Below, in pieces: positions 36,151 through 47,875 of a DNA stretch of 64,000 bases (within the stretch, counting starts at the first letter, position 1; the number at the start of each line of letters is the position of its first letter). The DNA comes from Lama glama. Taxonomy: Eukaryota. A program made the position numbers and the translations under genes. The stretch lies in NCBI GenBank assembly GCA_028534125.1, contig CM052832.1, forward strand, positions 10,418,001 to 10,482,000, in the 5' to 3' direction. Under the pieces are notes generated by a model, which did no database searches, had not been told where the DNA came from, and was given only the letters and a program-made list of their open reading frames with translations.

Positions 36151-36650
36151 NNNNNNNNNNNNNNNNNNNNNNNNNNNNNNNNNNNNNNNNNNNNNNNNNN
36201 NNNNNNNNNNNNNNNNNNNNNNNNNNNNNNNNNNNNNNNNNNNNNNNNNNNNNNNNNNNNNNNNNNNNNNNNNNNNNNNNNNNNNNNNNNNNNNNNNNNN
36301 NNNNNNNNNNNNNNNNNNNNNNNNNNNNNNNNNNNNNNNNNNNNNNNNNNNNNNNNNNNNNNNNNNNNNNNNNNNNNNNNNNNNNNNNNNNNNNNNNNNN
36401 NNNNNNNNNNNNNNNNNNNNNNNNNNNNNNNNNNNNNNNNNNNNNNNNNNNNNNNNNNNNNNNNNNNNNNNNNNNNNNNNNNNNNNNNNNNNNNNNNNNN
36501 NNNNNNNNNNNNNNNNNNNNNNNNNNNNNNNNNNNNNNNNNNNNNNNNNNNNNNNNNNNNNNNNNNNNNNNNNNNNNNNNNNNNNNNNNNNNNNNNNNNN
36601 NNNNNNNNNNNNNNNNNNNNNNNNNNNNNNNNNNNNNNNNNNNNNNNNNN
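36151..36650. other. Assembly gap (500 N)
   Basis: Exactly 500 N, a round placeholder size. Confidence 1.
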
Positions 36651-38698
36651 CCTTAGTTTTCTTCCATGTAAGTGAGAGGGGGTGTCCTTTGGTGCTTCTG
36701 CAAGGATGAGCAGGATGATTTGTATTCTCTGGAGATGTTAGAATGTTACGTGGTCTCCTGTACCCACTTTTGGCCTCCTGGTTTTGTTACAGAGGCAAGG
36801 ACAGCCTCCAAGGATGCAGTCGTGTGCTAGGAGAGAGAAGACGCCCTCCCAGAAATCTAAGGCATCTTTTAAAGTTCTGTTCATAATCGCTGTTGGTATA
36901 GAAGTCAGAGTGGTGCCCTTTGCCTGATTTTCTCATATCTGGCACACGTCTTTGCTTCCACCCTTGCCCCGAGTCTCCTTGTCCCAAATCTCAGCTGCGA
37001 CCTAAAGAGTTCTCCATTTACCATCAACACTGAAGCCAACGCTTGAAAGTGGCATGAGTCCCTCAGCCTTCGCTGTAACCTTACCCAACCTTGGAAGTTT
37101 TGTTTTGGCCCGAGGAGTCTGGCCTCTCCACCAGACTCCTTGAAAACATTTAATAATGGTGTTTTGTGTGTTGTCCCTGGGACTTGGGCTGTGAACTCAG
37201 AAGGGTGGGGCCCTCAGTGGAGAGAAGCTGGGTTTTAGGGGCAGGCAGGGGGAGGGAGGGTCCTGGCCTCTGTGAGCTGCCCCTGGGTGCCGTGCCCTTG
37301 CCCTCCGCACGCTGAGGGGCTGACAGCAGTCTGCCCTCCCGCGCAGAGAGCCTTGCTCTGTCCCGAGGTGACTCCATACCTGTGGTCCAGTGGGAGAGCC
37401 GTCTTATGGCTATTTTAGTTTTAATACAGGGAGAAACCTTATCCCTGCATGGAACGAGCCCCCACACCAGAAGGCCTGGTGCTGTGGCAATTTGGGGATG
37501 TGGATATGGAGCCGCAGGACTGTTGCACCTGTCCCGGGGGAAGGGGTAGTCAGGTGAGGGGTGAGGAGATCGCCAAGATGACACCAGTGCTGAGCACTGG
37601 CCTCTCACGGCCAGCCTGGGCCCTACAGCAGGGAACTTGGAAACCTTCTGGGACATTTTGCGATCCTCTGTTGGTAAAACTAGAACAAAGTATTATTCAT
37701 CAGGGGCCACAGGGGATGGCCCTTCTCCTTTCCCTTCCTTCTCGGAGCCATGTGGAACAGGACCAGCTGGAGGGGAGGACAGTGGACAGCAGGGAGACTC
37801 CAGCCGCAGCTCGGGCCTTCCCTGTGGCTCCAGAGCTCTGCATTTTCCAAGATGGTCAGGGTGACGGACTGTCCCTCCGCAACCATGAGCCTGCAGGCCT
37901 GGCACCTGAGCCGTCAAGCGCTGGCCATGCTGGAGTACAGGCCTGAGGACTCCCCCTTGAGTAGCTCTCCTCTCTGGGAGAATTCTGAAATTAAATGTGT
38001 TCATCATTGGTAATGCAATTAATACCGCTTGGCACAGATAGGGACCAGGGGATGCCAGCGCCAGATAAGGAAGCCTGCATGGGAGAACCCTTGTAGCTCT
38101 GGGATTCTGTGGGCTTAATCCTGCTATTATGGTTAATGTGTGTAATTTGAAATCTCAATGATGTATATCAATAGTGAGGATTTCGTTTGTCTTTTCTAAA
38201 TATGTGAGTCACACGTATGTGGCGTTCTGCGGTTTACAAAGCAGAATTGCTATAACCCTGGCAGAACCACCCCTCTGAGTCATTCTACAACTGAGAAAAC
38301 TGGCTTTCAATGTCAAGTTCCCAAGTTCGCTGCCCCAGGGCCGGTGGGTGGCAGGGCAGTTTGTGTCCGGAGGCCGTTGCCCAAGCCCTGGGCTCGGCAG
38401 TGACGTGTTAACTGTGTGAGCCTGAGTGAGGAGTATGTCCCACTCCTGCCCAACCACCCCCTACCTCCCCCACTCATCCCATAGACACGAGGTGACAGAC
38501 ACCTTCCATGGGCAGCACCTGGGGCTCTGTGACCCTCTGGTCGTTCCCTTCCATCTCTTCCTGCAGTGTGGGTCCCCAGAGCCACAGAAACTTTTGACTG
38601 TGAGTGAACAACCCATCACATAATTTAAAAAGATGAGGGTCTGGGAACCATGCTATTTTGCAGTGTTTTGATGTAAACTGTAATGGCTTTGAGGGCAT

Positions 38699-39069
38699 TG
38701 CTATGTACAGAGTGTGTCTCCCCAAAATTCATACGCTGAAGCCCTAATGCCCAGTGGGATGGCATTTAGAAGTGGGGTCTTCGGGGGAGAATGAGGTTTA
38801 GCTGAGGCCATCAGCTGGAGCCCTGGGAGTGCGGGGACTAGTGCCCTTATGAGAAGATGAAGGAACCGGAGCTCCCTGTCTCCGCGCTGTGAGGACACAG
38901 TAAGAAGGAGGCAGTCTGTAAACCAGGAGGGGAGCGCTCACCGCCACCTGCCCGGGCTGGTACCCTGAACTCAGTCTTGTAGCCTCCGGACTGTTAAGCA
39001 ATAAATGTTTGTTGTTTAAGCCACCCAGTCCGTGCTATCTTGTTATAGCTGCCCAAACTGATGAAGACA
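38699..39069 (+). mobile_element. MaLR solo LTR (MLT1A0-like), complete with TSD
   Basis: TG...CA termini, ccccaaaattcatacgctgaagcccta, aataaatgtttgttgtttaagccacccagtc; perfect TSD ggcat at 38694-38698 and 39070-39074. Confidence 0.95.
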
Positions 39070-40374
39070 GGCATGGACAGTGCTTGCATACTTAAAATCT
39101 TATTTCTCAGCAATTTGGGGCACAGTGCGAGACACCTGACAGGCCCCAGGTAAGTGGAGACTAAACTCTCCCTTTTCCTGGGAATGCAGCTTTCTAAACC
39201 TCACTGTGCACTTGCCAGGTCTTTGGCACGACACCCAGAACATTCCCTGCATTTCTAATCTCTTGTGTTCCCGGTAGGTAATTGCACAGAAAATTCATGC
39301 TGCAGTGCACTCAAAGAGAATTACAGGGAATTATAAAACTCCTTTCCACCTTCCTAAGCTCCCTTTCTGACGGAGAAGCAGGCACACGTTTAGGATAGGT
39401 TAGGTGGGGTGGTGGAGGAGGCTGACCTTCCGCTGTGCAGACAAGTCACACATTGTCTTCATGTCACTTAAACATCAACATGGGAGCCCGCCTAAGCTTA
39501 GTGCCAGCTGATGCTCAGACCCCAGGGCTGATGTGGCCCGTAAAGCTCTAGCCATGCAGCCTCCAAGGAGGAGGTGGCAAAGGTCCAGAGCTGGGATGGG
39601 TTCAGCAGTGACAGAAAGCTGGTTCAACCTGACCTTGGCGTTGACCACTCAGGGCTCTTTCTGCTGCTTCGTGGCTAAGAAAGACCCTCTCCTTTCTGGA
39701 ATAATGGTCAGTGAGGACTGGAAGGTTTGCACAGGGCAGGACAAGCGCGGAGCTGCATTGCAGCAGCAGCAGTAGAAACTCAGGTAGGTAATCGATAACC
39801 GCTCAGAACGTTGTATGAGCCCCCAGATGGGGACACGAGGTCTGGCAGTAGGGTTAACATGAGAAACCAGGCGTGTCTGAGGAGTGCTGGTCACACGGTC
39901 ATCTACCCTGGTTGGCAGCTCTAAGCAGTCAGGGATGAGGGAAGGGGCCAAAGAGTCACGAATGTCCTGCCTGTCCTGTCCTGTCTCCATCCCTCCCCAG
40001 AGGGTCCGTGGGGAGGAGGACAGATGAGAACAAGAGGCCAAGAGGTATCAGTGCTGTCAGAGAAATAGCCGTTCTGGGACCTTCCAGAGAAGACGATGAG
40101 GAGGAATGCAGGTGTAAAACAAAAATAGTCCTAATGACAGCAGCAGCTGCCCCCTAGGTGTCACTCTGGCAAGCGCAGCCATGCACCGCCTCATCTGAGC
40201 CTCACCAAAGACTCGTAAGGTTGATATTGCAAAGCGCACTTCACAGGTGAAGGTACTGGAGATCAGAAGTTGTCCTCGAGTCTCTCAGGAGGTAGATGAC
40301 AGACCCAGGATCCCCATGAAGATCTCTAGGGCCCCACAGCTAGATCCTTCCTGCTGAGGCAGAGTGAAAACAAA

Positions 40375-40560
40375 GCATGGGTTCTTGCATCACACAAGTC
40401 CCAGCTGCACCCTGTGCTGGCCCTGTGACCTCGGGTGAGTGACTTCTCTGTGCTTCAATTTTGTCCTCTGTGAAATGAGGATCATGAGAAGGCTAAATGA
40501 GATGATGCTTAAAAAGCACCGAGCACAGTTCCTGGTTAGGGCAGGTGTGCAGTAAGTCAG
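40375..40560 (+). mobile_element. MIR SINE
   Basis: ctgtgacctcgggtgagtgacttctctgtgcttcaattttgtcctctgtgaaatgagga...ctaaatgagatgatgc. Confidence 0.8.
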
Positions 40561-40732
40561 TGGTGGCCCTGTTGTTCTGGTTTCTGCACCTTCACTGTGA
40601 TCCTGGGCACCTGTAGCTTTGGTCAGCTTTGTGTTATTTGGAAATCTAGATGTCCTCACCTTGTGACAAAGACAGCTCTCTCTTTCCTCGCTGTTCTTCC
40701 CCAGTCTTTCCCACCTCAGCAAATGGCACCAC

Positions 40733-40892
40733 TGCCATGGAGTGAATCCGTATGTTCAAGTCCTACCCACAGTGTGATCATCTTTGGAGATACAGTTTTT
40801 ACTGAGGTAACTGAGGTTGAGTCCATATGAGTGGGGGCCCTAGTGCAATAGGATTGGTGCCCTTCTAAGAAGAGAAAGAGACACCAGAGCTC
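40733..40892 (+). mobile_element. MLT1A-like LTR 5' fragment
   Basis: cgtatgttcaagtcctacccacagtgtgatcatctttggagat...ggattggtgcccttctaagaagagaaagagacaccagag. Confidence 0.8.
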
Positions 40893-40899
40893 ATAGTGA

Positions 40900-41370
40900 A
40901 TCCTATGCCATCTATTCCTTTACCCACTCCCCCCATTCCAGATTATTTTGAAACAAACTCCACACATCCCATAATTTTACCTATAAATAGCTTAGCATAT
41001 TTCTGTAAAAGAACGCCTTTTAAAAAATATAACCATCTTACTATCATCCTGATACTTTTTAACAGTCCCTTAAAATAATCAACTATTTGCAATTGGTGTT
41101 TATACTTTCATGGCTGACTTGGGGGAAATATTTTTTATAGTTTGTTTGAATCCTGATTCAAGTGAGAGCCACACGTTGGGATTGGCTGACATGTCTTAAA
41201 TCTCTTTTACTTTATATATTCTCCCATATCTTTTCATCTCTATCCAATTTTTGAAATAAATAATTTGGGTCATTTGTCCTGGAGAGCTTCAGGCAGCCTG
41301 GATTTTGCTGATTATCTCCTTGAGCTACAGTTTAACAAGTTCCTGTGTCCTTTGTATTTTCCATAAATAG
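40900..41370 (-). mobile_element. Old L1 (L1MC-like) 3' fragment
   Basis: gattattttgaaacaaactccacacatcccataatttta...tttgtttgaatcctgattcaa. Confidence 0.7.
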
Positions 41371-41639
41371 GAGTGTGTGTGTGTATGTGTGTGTGCGTGC
41401 AGATAAAGAGGATGTCCTTACATGTCCTCATTTTAAGTTGCTCTCTCCTTTGCAGAGGGTGAAGAATTAGATGTATCTTTATGTCTTTGTGGATCTAGGA
41501 AGGTTTGTATTTTTGTTTTAAGTGCTGTTCTTCGGTCATGAGTTACTGTTAGGTTTCACTTACAAAATGCTTTAGCTCCCACCTCGCACCACTTCTTTGG
41601 CTCTTTTCTGCGGGCATATGGGTTCATTGGTGAAATCCT

Positions 41640-42180
41640 TCTTTTAATTTCTTTTCCTCTCCATGCATCTCCTCCACCCTAGTCTCAATCACCATTTTCT
41701 CTCCTCTGAACAATTGTAGTGTCTCTGGGCAACTCCCCCTGCCACTCCTGGGCTGCGCTGCAGTCCCAGCCATACCCTCTTCAAACAACCGTGCCGTGAC
41801 GCTGCCTGGCTCCTCACTGCACCCAAAGTACACTGCACACGCCCTTGGGGGACCTTGGAGGCCCTGCGTGACCCGGCCCTGCTCATGTGCCAACCGTGCC
41901 CTGGGTGAGCTCTTCTCCTCCTCCCAGTTCATCACTCTGCTTCTCAGTCCCTCCAGCACGCCCGCTTCCCCTGTCAGGGCCCCAGCCGGACTCGGTGTTA
42001 GCTTGCCTGGCTGCTTCTCTTCCTCTAGGTCTCAGCTCGAGTGGCTTTTCCTCAGTGATGCCTGTCCTGTCCTCTTGTCCCCCCAAATATGCTCCCCTGT
42101 CCCCCACCTGCTCTCCCACAGCAACCAGTCCATTACTTTGTGGCCCCATCACAGTTTGAAGCAGTGACTTTCATTCGTGT
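41640..42180 (+). mobile_element. L2 LINE fragment
   Basis: ccaccctagtctcaatcaccattttctctcctctgaacaattgtagt...aggtctcagctcgagtggcttttcctcagtgatgcct. Confidence 0.7.
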
Positions 42181-42183
42181 GTA

Positions 42184-42537
42184 CAGCATCCCCCTGAGCC
42201 GCAGGGATGCGTTCCAAGACCCCCAGTGGATGCCTGAAACCATGGATGGTACTGAACACTATATATATATATTTGTTGTGTTTTTTCCAAATGTACATGC
42301 TTATGATAAAGTTTAATTTATAAATTAGGCACGGTAAGAAAGAACAACAATGACTAATAACAAAATGAGACGATTATAACAAGATACTGTAATAAAAGTT
42401 ATGTGAATGGGGTCTCTCCTTCAAAATACCTTACTGTCCTGTACTTGCCTTCTTGTGATGATGTGAGATAAAATGCCTTCGAGATGAGATGAAGTGAAGT
42501 GAATGATGTAGGGTGATGGAAAGCAAGGGGCCTACTG
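42184..42537. mobile_element. MER44/Tigger7-type MITE
   Basis: ta-cagcatccccc...gttccaagacccccagtggatgcctgaaacc...tgataaagtttaatttataaattaggcac...aagggggcctactg. Confidence 0.85.
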
Positions 42538-42874
42538 GACACTTAGTATCCGCCTTTACCACCCGACTGCAGATTCCACAAGGACAGTAGTAAATCTTAG
42601 CACTGTGTTCTTAGCCTCTAAAATAGGGGTTGGAACACATTTACGCTCAATAAAAATCTAATAATCCATTCATATAATTAGCATGCCTAGGGCGGGGCTG
42701 ACAGCTTACATACAGAGGACAGGGAGTGGTAGAAAGGCAGAATTTCAGCCCTTTGAAGCCTTTGCAGAACTTTCTCTGCCCTCGTCCATCCAGTGGCAGC
42801 AGCGAGGAGCTGGCCAAGGAGGAGAGCACTGAGAGCCAGCCACGTGGAGGGGTCTTGATGTTTGGGATTATCCT

Positions 42875-43290
42875 GGGGCCTTGGTTTGAGCTCCCTCCAA
42901 ACCCAACTCTGAGATGAGGATTTGCTTGCAAATACCTTCTTTGTTGGTGAAGGAAACTCCAGGAGGATGGGGAGTGGGACAAAGAAGGCAAGCACTGTTA
43001 TCAAGTCAGCCACGCCTGGGGTGAGTGGGACTCAGTCCCATGGGGTGGCTCTGAAAGCTGGGGCCTCAGAGTTGCCCTACCTGTGGGGTGAGGGAGCAGA
43101 AATATTTCTCCACCAATTCCCCTTAGTCACGGACAGGCAGCTGCCCCTGGGTGGCATTTATTCCCAGGAATTTCTGGGAATGAATTCCAGCAAATTCCAG
43201 CAAAGTGGGCTCCGGCAGGCAGAAAAGCCCTCTGACAAAGGATACACTAATGGGGTAGAGTCGGGGGATAAGGGTGGAGCACAGACAGCA
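42875..43290 (-). mobile_element. ERVL LTR (LTR16/LTR33-like) remnant
   Basis: ctctgagatgaggatttgcttgcaaata...gcagaaatatttctccaccaattcccc. Confidence 0.5.
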
Positions 43291-43889
43291 CCTGGCACAC
43301 CTGGAGGCACTGTTACCCACAGAACCCAGCCCTGGGCGCTGTAAGAAGTACTCAGATACCGTCCCTACCCCGTATCACAGACAGACATCCTGACAGCGGC
43401 CAGACAGGAGGCCGTGGGAAGGATGGCTCTCCCTGCAAGCAGCAAAGACACCTCGTATCCTGCGAATGCGTCTTCTGCGTGTGCAGGTGACTCTGTCGGG
43501 GAGGGCCACTTCTCAGGGGCCACTCCCGAGTAGGTGAGGGTGTCTTCTCGATGACAGAGAGAGGGCGCTGGCGGATGACAGCCTTCAGCCTCTCAGGGCA
43601 CTTACACATCTGTGATCTGCGCAGTGAGGTTGGGGGAAGAGATTACTGCCCTTGTTTCACAGAAGAGGAAGCAGCACAGAAGGAAGAAGTGACTGCCACG
43701 GTCCATCTGGCCCTCCCAGAGCGGGAAGGGGCCGGCTTGCCCCTAAGCCCTGGCTGCTTTCTTAGACATGAGTATCTGCGTGGGCGAAGCTATTTTGTCA
43801 GAAGTTATGGGTACAGGGAGGGAGTCAAGATCAGAGTGAGAATTCTGCACAGCTTTTCCAAAGTGTGGGACAGGTGACATTCTCAAGAG

Positions 43890-43908
43890 CAGCCACAAGA
43901 TGGCAGAG
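43890..43908 (+). promoter_or_regulatory. Candidate CTCF site
   Basis: cagCCACAAGATGGCAGag matches the CCASYAGRKGGCRS core with one mismatch. Confidence 0.5.
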
Positions 43909-44249
43909 GGACTGCACCCAGTTCCGTCTCTCTGGTGGCCTTAAGGGCTGGGGGGAGGGGATCAAGGATGAAAGCTTGTTGAAAGTACCTATAGATCCCT
44001 GGTGACTCCTGGAGGGTGGGCAGGGAACAAAATAGCAAATGCAGGGGGAAACGAAAGAAGGTAGGAATTCTGCCAATTACTGTGCGACCTTGGGTAAGTT
44101 ACTTGCCCTCTCTGGGCTTCTCCTGTAAAATGGGTTTGGAAAAGCAGAATATTACAGTTTTTTCCATTTCTGGCCTTGAAGGAGGTTATGACCATGGAGG
44201 CACCTTGGAAGCTGAGGTCCTCCTTGGTCTGGACTCTGGGACTGGGTGT

Positions 44250-44285
44250 GAGGCTGGAGGCTGGAGGCTGGAGTCTGGAGGCTGG
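44250..44285. repeat. (GAGGCTG)5 tandem repeat
   Basis: gaggctggaggctggaggctggagtctggaggctgg. Confidence 0.9.
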
Positions 44286-44479
44286 GGAGAGAGTCAGAGG
44301 TGGCTGAGACAACAGTGGCCTGAGGGATGATTTCAGAGCAGTGTGAGGGAAAGACAAGAGGATGTTGGGAAGGTACAGAACAGAATGTTCGGAACAAGGA
44401 ATCAGACTCTCTAGGTGTAGAGGTTATGTCTGTTCATCCCCCTAGGCATAATTCTCAGGGTAAAGCTTGAGCCAAATCG

Positions 44480-44900
44480 CCTTTCTTTGGGCATCCCTCC
44501 CACTACCCCGCTACGCTATTCATATCTTGCACAATTCGTATCCCCTTAGCCTGTTTCATTTCTTTCACAGTCGCTATCCCTTTCTGAAATTATGTACTGA
44601 TTTCTGTCTCCTTCTCTGGAATTTAAGCTCCGTGAGGTCAGGGGCTTTGTCTCTTCTGGTTTATTCTAGTTCCTTAATGTCTAGAACAGTTCCTGGAATA
44701 TAGTAGTTGCTCAGTAAACAGCTGCTAATGAATGTGTGTGTAAAGAAAGCGTGAGGTAGACATTGCCCTGAATTGGGAATCAGAGACCTGGGGGTCTTTC
44801 CGTTTCTGCCACAACCATGCTGTGTGATCTTGGAGAAATTTCTTCCCCTCTCTGGGCTTCAGTTTCCTTAACCTTAAAATGAGGTATTTGAGTTCCAGGA
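44480..44900 (+). mobile_element. L2 3' end followed by MIR
   Basis: tctagaacagttcctggaatatagtagttgctcagtaaa (L2 tail); gctgtgtgatcttggagaaatttcttcccctctctgggcttcagtttcct (MIR core). Confidence 0.8.
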
Positions 44901-45737
44901 TCAAGTGTCTTAGAAACTTAGGGACAGGAGTTTCTTCCCTCCCAATTCTCCAGTCCTAGGATTCAATTAATCCCCCATCATAGTTCCTTTCCCCTTAAAG
45001 ACCAGCAGCAAGCTGACAAAGAGAGACCTGGGCAGACAAGTGCTGATTCACTCTACAAACATTTCTAGGTGCCTACTGTGTGAGGCTCCGCCCCAGGTGC
45101 TGGAAGTACAATGGAGACCTGACAGAGGTGCTGGCCTCACCGTGCTCTCACGTTCTAGTGGGCAAAGGCAAAAAATCCTGGGTTTTCTCCCTTCATTCCC
45201 AAAGGCAAAAAAGGCCAAGTTCTAGGGACAGAAAATTATCTAGGCTTAAATACTCCAAAACAAAGAAAGATGGGGCCTGTGGGAGGAAGGCCTCCAGAGA
45301 ACGCCTGTGGACCCAGCTCTGGGAATGATAACAGGGTGAGTTTCAGCCCTGTTCGGGCCTGGTCACAGGACTCACAGTCAGGTCTGCCCTTGGTATGTCC
45401 TTCCTGGAAGCCTGCCCCCACCCCCCGCCCATCTCATCGGCACACCAGCCCTGTGTCCCCTTTCTTCTGTGCCCTGCTTTCTGTTGAGAGATTAATGTGA
45501 GTTACCAGAAAGAGCAGAGCCAACGCATTAAAGACTGTGTTATAATTTACCCTTCTGAAATAAAAACTTGAATTTAATGACCACATAAACCCTAAAGAAG
45601 TAACTCTGATGGTAGAAAATAGGCTCGTTGACAGGTTTGGGGAGAAAGATACAAAGTTTTGCCTCCTATAGTCAGTTGCCTGCAGTGACCCAAACTCCTG
45701 GGGCCTGAGGACACAGATCTCAAAGCTTCTTCAGAAC

Positions 45738-45882
45738 CTTGCTGTTCAAAGTACAGTCAGAGGCCACTGCGTCAGCACCATCCAGGAGCTTCCAGAAATG
45801 CGGAATCTCAGGCTCCTCCCAGCCCTGCACAACCAGACCCGGCAATTTAACAGATTGCCCCCAGGTCTGAGAAGCAGAGGAC
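45738..45882. mobile_element. MER5A (hAT-Charlie MITE)
   Basis: tcagcaccatccaggagcttccagaaatgcggaatctcaggctcc...tttaacagattgcccccagg. Confidence 0.8.
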
Positions 45883-47725
45883 TGGACTATCTCTTTTCCC
45901 CCAGAATGATGCCACTGGCAGCCCCAGCACTTCCCCTGCCTGTCTCTGCCTTCCATTTCCAGGGCCAGACTTTTTACTCATTAGGAAGCAGGAGTCGGGG
46001 AGGCGCTGGGATGCCTGGATACAGAAGAAGGTGGCGACTTGTTAACATAATGAGCCACGGCGGTCCCTGAAAGAGCCTCCCTTGTGAGACAGGGTGGGCT
46101 GACTGATGGCTGAGCTCTCCCTAGAGTTGGGGATTCCCTTTCCATTCAGTCTGGTATTTATTCACAAAGGAAATTAGCCCATGAAATAGAATTTCCAATG
46201 CTCCACTGAAAAGCATCTGTAATACGTGTGCAGGAGCTCCTCCCTTCTCCCCTCAGAGCCGCACTGCACCCTTTTGTAGGAAGGCTAAATTCTGACACAG
46301 ATTTCTCCAGATGGTTGCAGGCCAGGCCAGTCATGTCTTAAGGATTCAAAGGCCTGGGTTCTAATGGCCCTTAACCAGCTGTATGTCTTTGGGCAAATCC
46401 CTTTCCGTCTCCAGTCTTAGTTTCTGCATTTCTCAGGGAACTTCAGGCCCTAACAGTTTATGATTTTATGGGGCTACAGCGACAGAATCTGTGGCACTAA
46501 GCTGGACTTGGGGATTTCCTGGAATTTCGGGTCTCTGCCATCATTCTTTCTGAGTTAGTCCTTCTCCAGGATGTTTCCCTTGGCTGGTTTTCTGTTTTCC
46601 CCCCTCAGCTCAGATCTCCCCTATGTCTTTGAACATGCTGGCCCCTTTGTCCTAAATGCTCACCCTTCCTTGTTCTGCTGAGTTCCTTTCTACTCCACTC
46701 CATTCATCTTAAAGACTTGAGTGAACAGTCACCTGTTTGAAACTCCCTGACTCCCTCAGGTTACTTGCTCACGGCTCCATCTTCTCAGAGACTTTCCCTC
46801 TCGATCCACCCTCTTGGTGGGATTGAATGGACCCATTCTGGGGTCTGTCTGCCCCACTAGTGGGACGGCTCCCCGAGGTCAGGGACCCATGTCTTGTTTC
46901 TCTTTGCACCTGTAGCCATCAGCCCAACGTGTCGGACATCCTACACTGGAATTCAGGGGCTTCCTAGATCCTTTTAGTCATCCTGCCATTCTAGACTTTG
47001 CAGCAAGCCTTCTGCTACATTAGGAAAGATTCAGTCAGTTCCAGGTTTTTCTCCTGCTATTTTAACCACGGATGAATCTGGGTTCGACCTGTCCTCATCC
47101 ACAGCTACACATCTTTTATAAGCTAATCAATTGCCTATCAGTAATTGACACTGGAAAACACCCGTGTGGGTTCCTGATACCCAGAACGACAGTTTCTGTC
47201 CCTAACTGGTCTCCACACAGGGCACCAAGGGCCGGCGGGGAGGGCGTTCTCACGGCTCCGCTCCCTTCCCAGGGGTTAACCTCTCTTGACCCACTCTGCC
47301 TCCCCACCATGCTCCTGCCTTGCTTTACCCAGGAGGGGCGGGGAAGCATCTTCAGAGATACATCAGCACAGCCCTGACCTTTCGTCTCATTCACATTGAA
47401 GACTGCTTGTTTTCCCCCTCTTCAGGTTCTCCGTAGGGAAGGAGGAGGGAGAGAGAGAGGTCTGAATTACGTATTGATCTCTTGAGCAAATGTATCCCCA
47501 CCTGGACAGCCCGCTGTCTCAGAGGCCACTCTCCTCTCATTCCCAGAGCCCAGCTATCGACCGGCGACTCAGGCAGACACCGCTGGGCTTTGCCCAAATA
47601 GCCACTCCTCACCCCCATGTCCCAGGAATGCTGTTTTTAGGAATCCAAAGTTTCACAAACCTCCTCTCTCTGCCCTCATAAAGCCCTGGACCTAGAGATG
47701 TGAATCTTGCTCTGTAGATCTCCAC

Positions 47726-47764
47726 CTCTCTCTCTTTCTCTCTCTCTCTCACTCTCTCTCTCTC
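47726..47764. repeat. (TC)n microsatellite
   Basis: Directly visible, interrupted. Confidence 0.9.
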
Positions 47765-47875
47765 ATCCAGACGGTAAGCACCTTCTGCCTGGTTTGATTC
47801 CAAGTGCAAAGGGAGCTGCACTGTTCCCTGCCACCTCCACAAGAGCCCACGTCGGAGCCTAAGTGGTTGGTGATA

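Noticed and set aside
36108..36675. 182-185 aa ORFs
   Set aside because: Artefacts of translating the N gap
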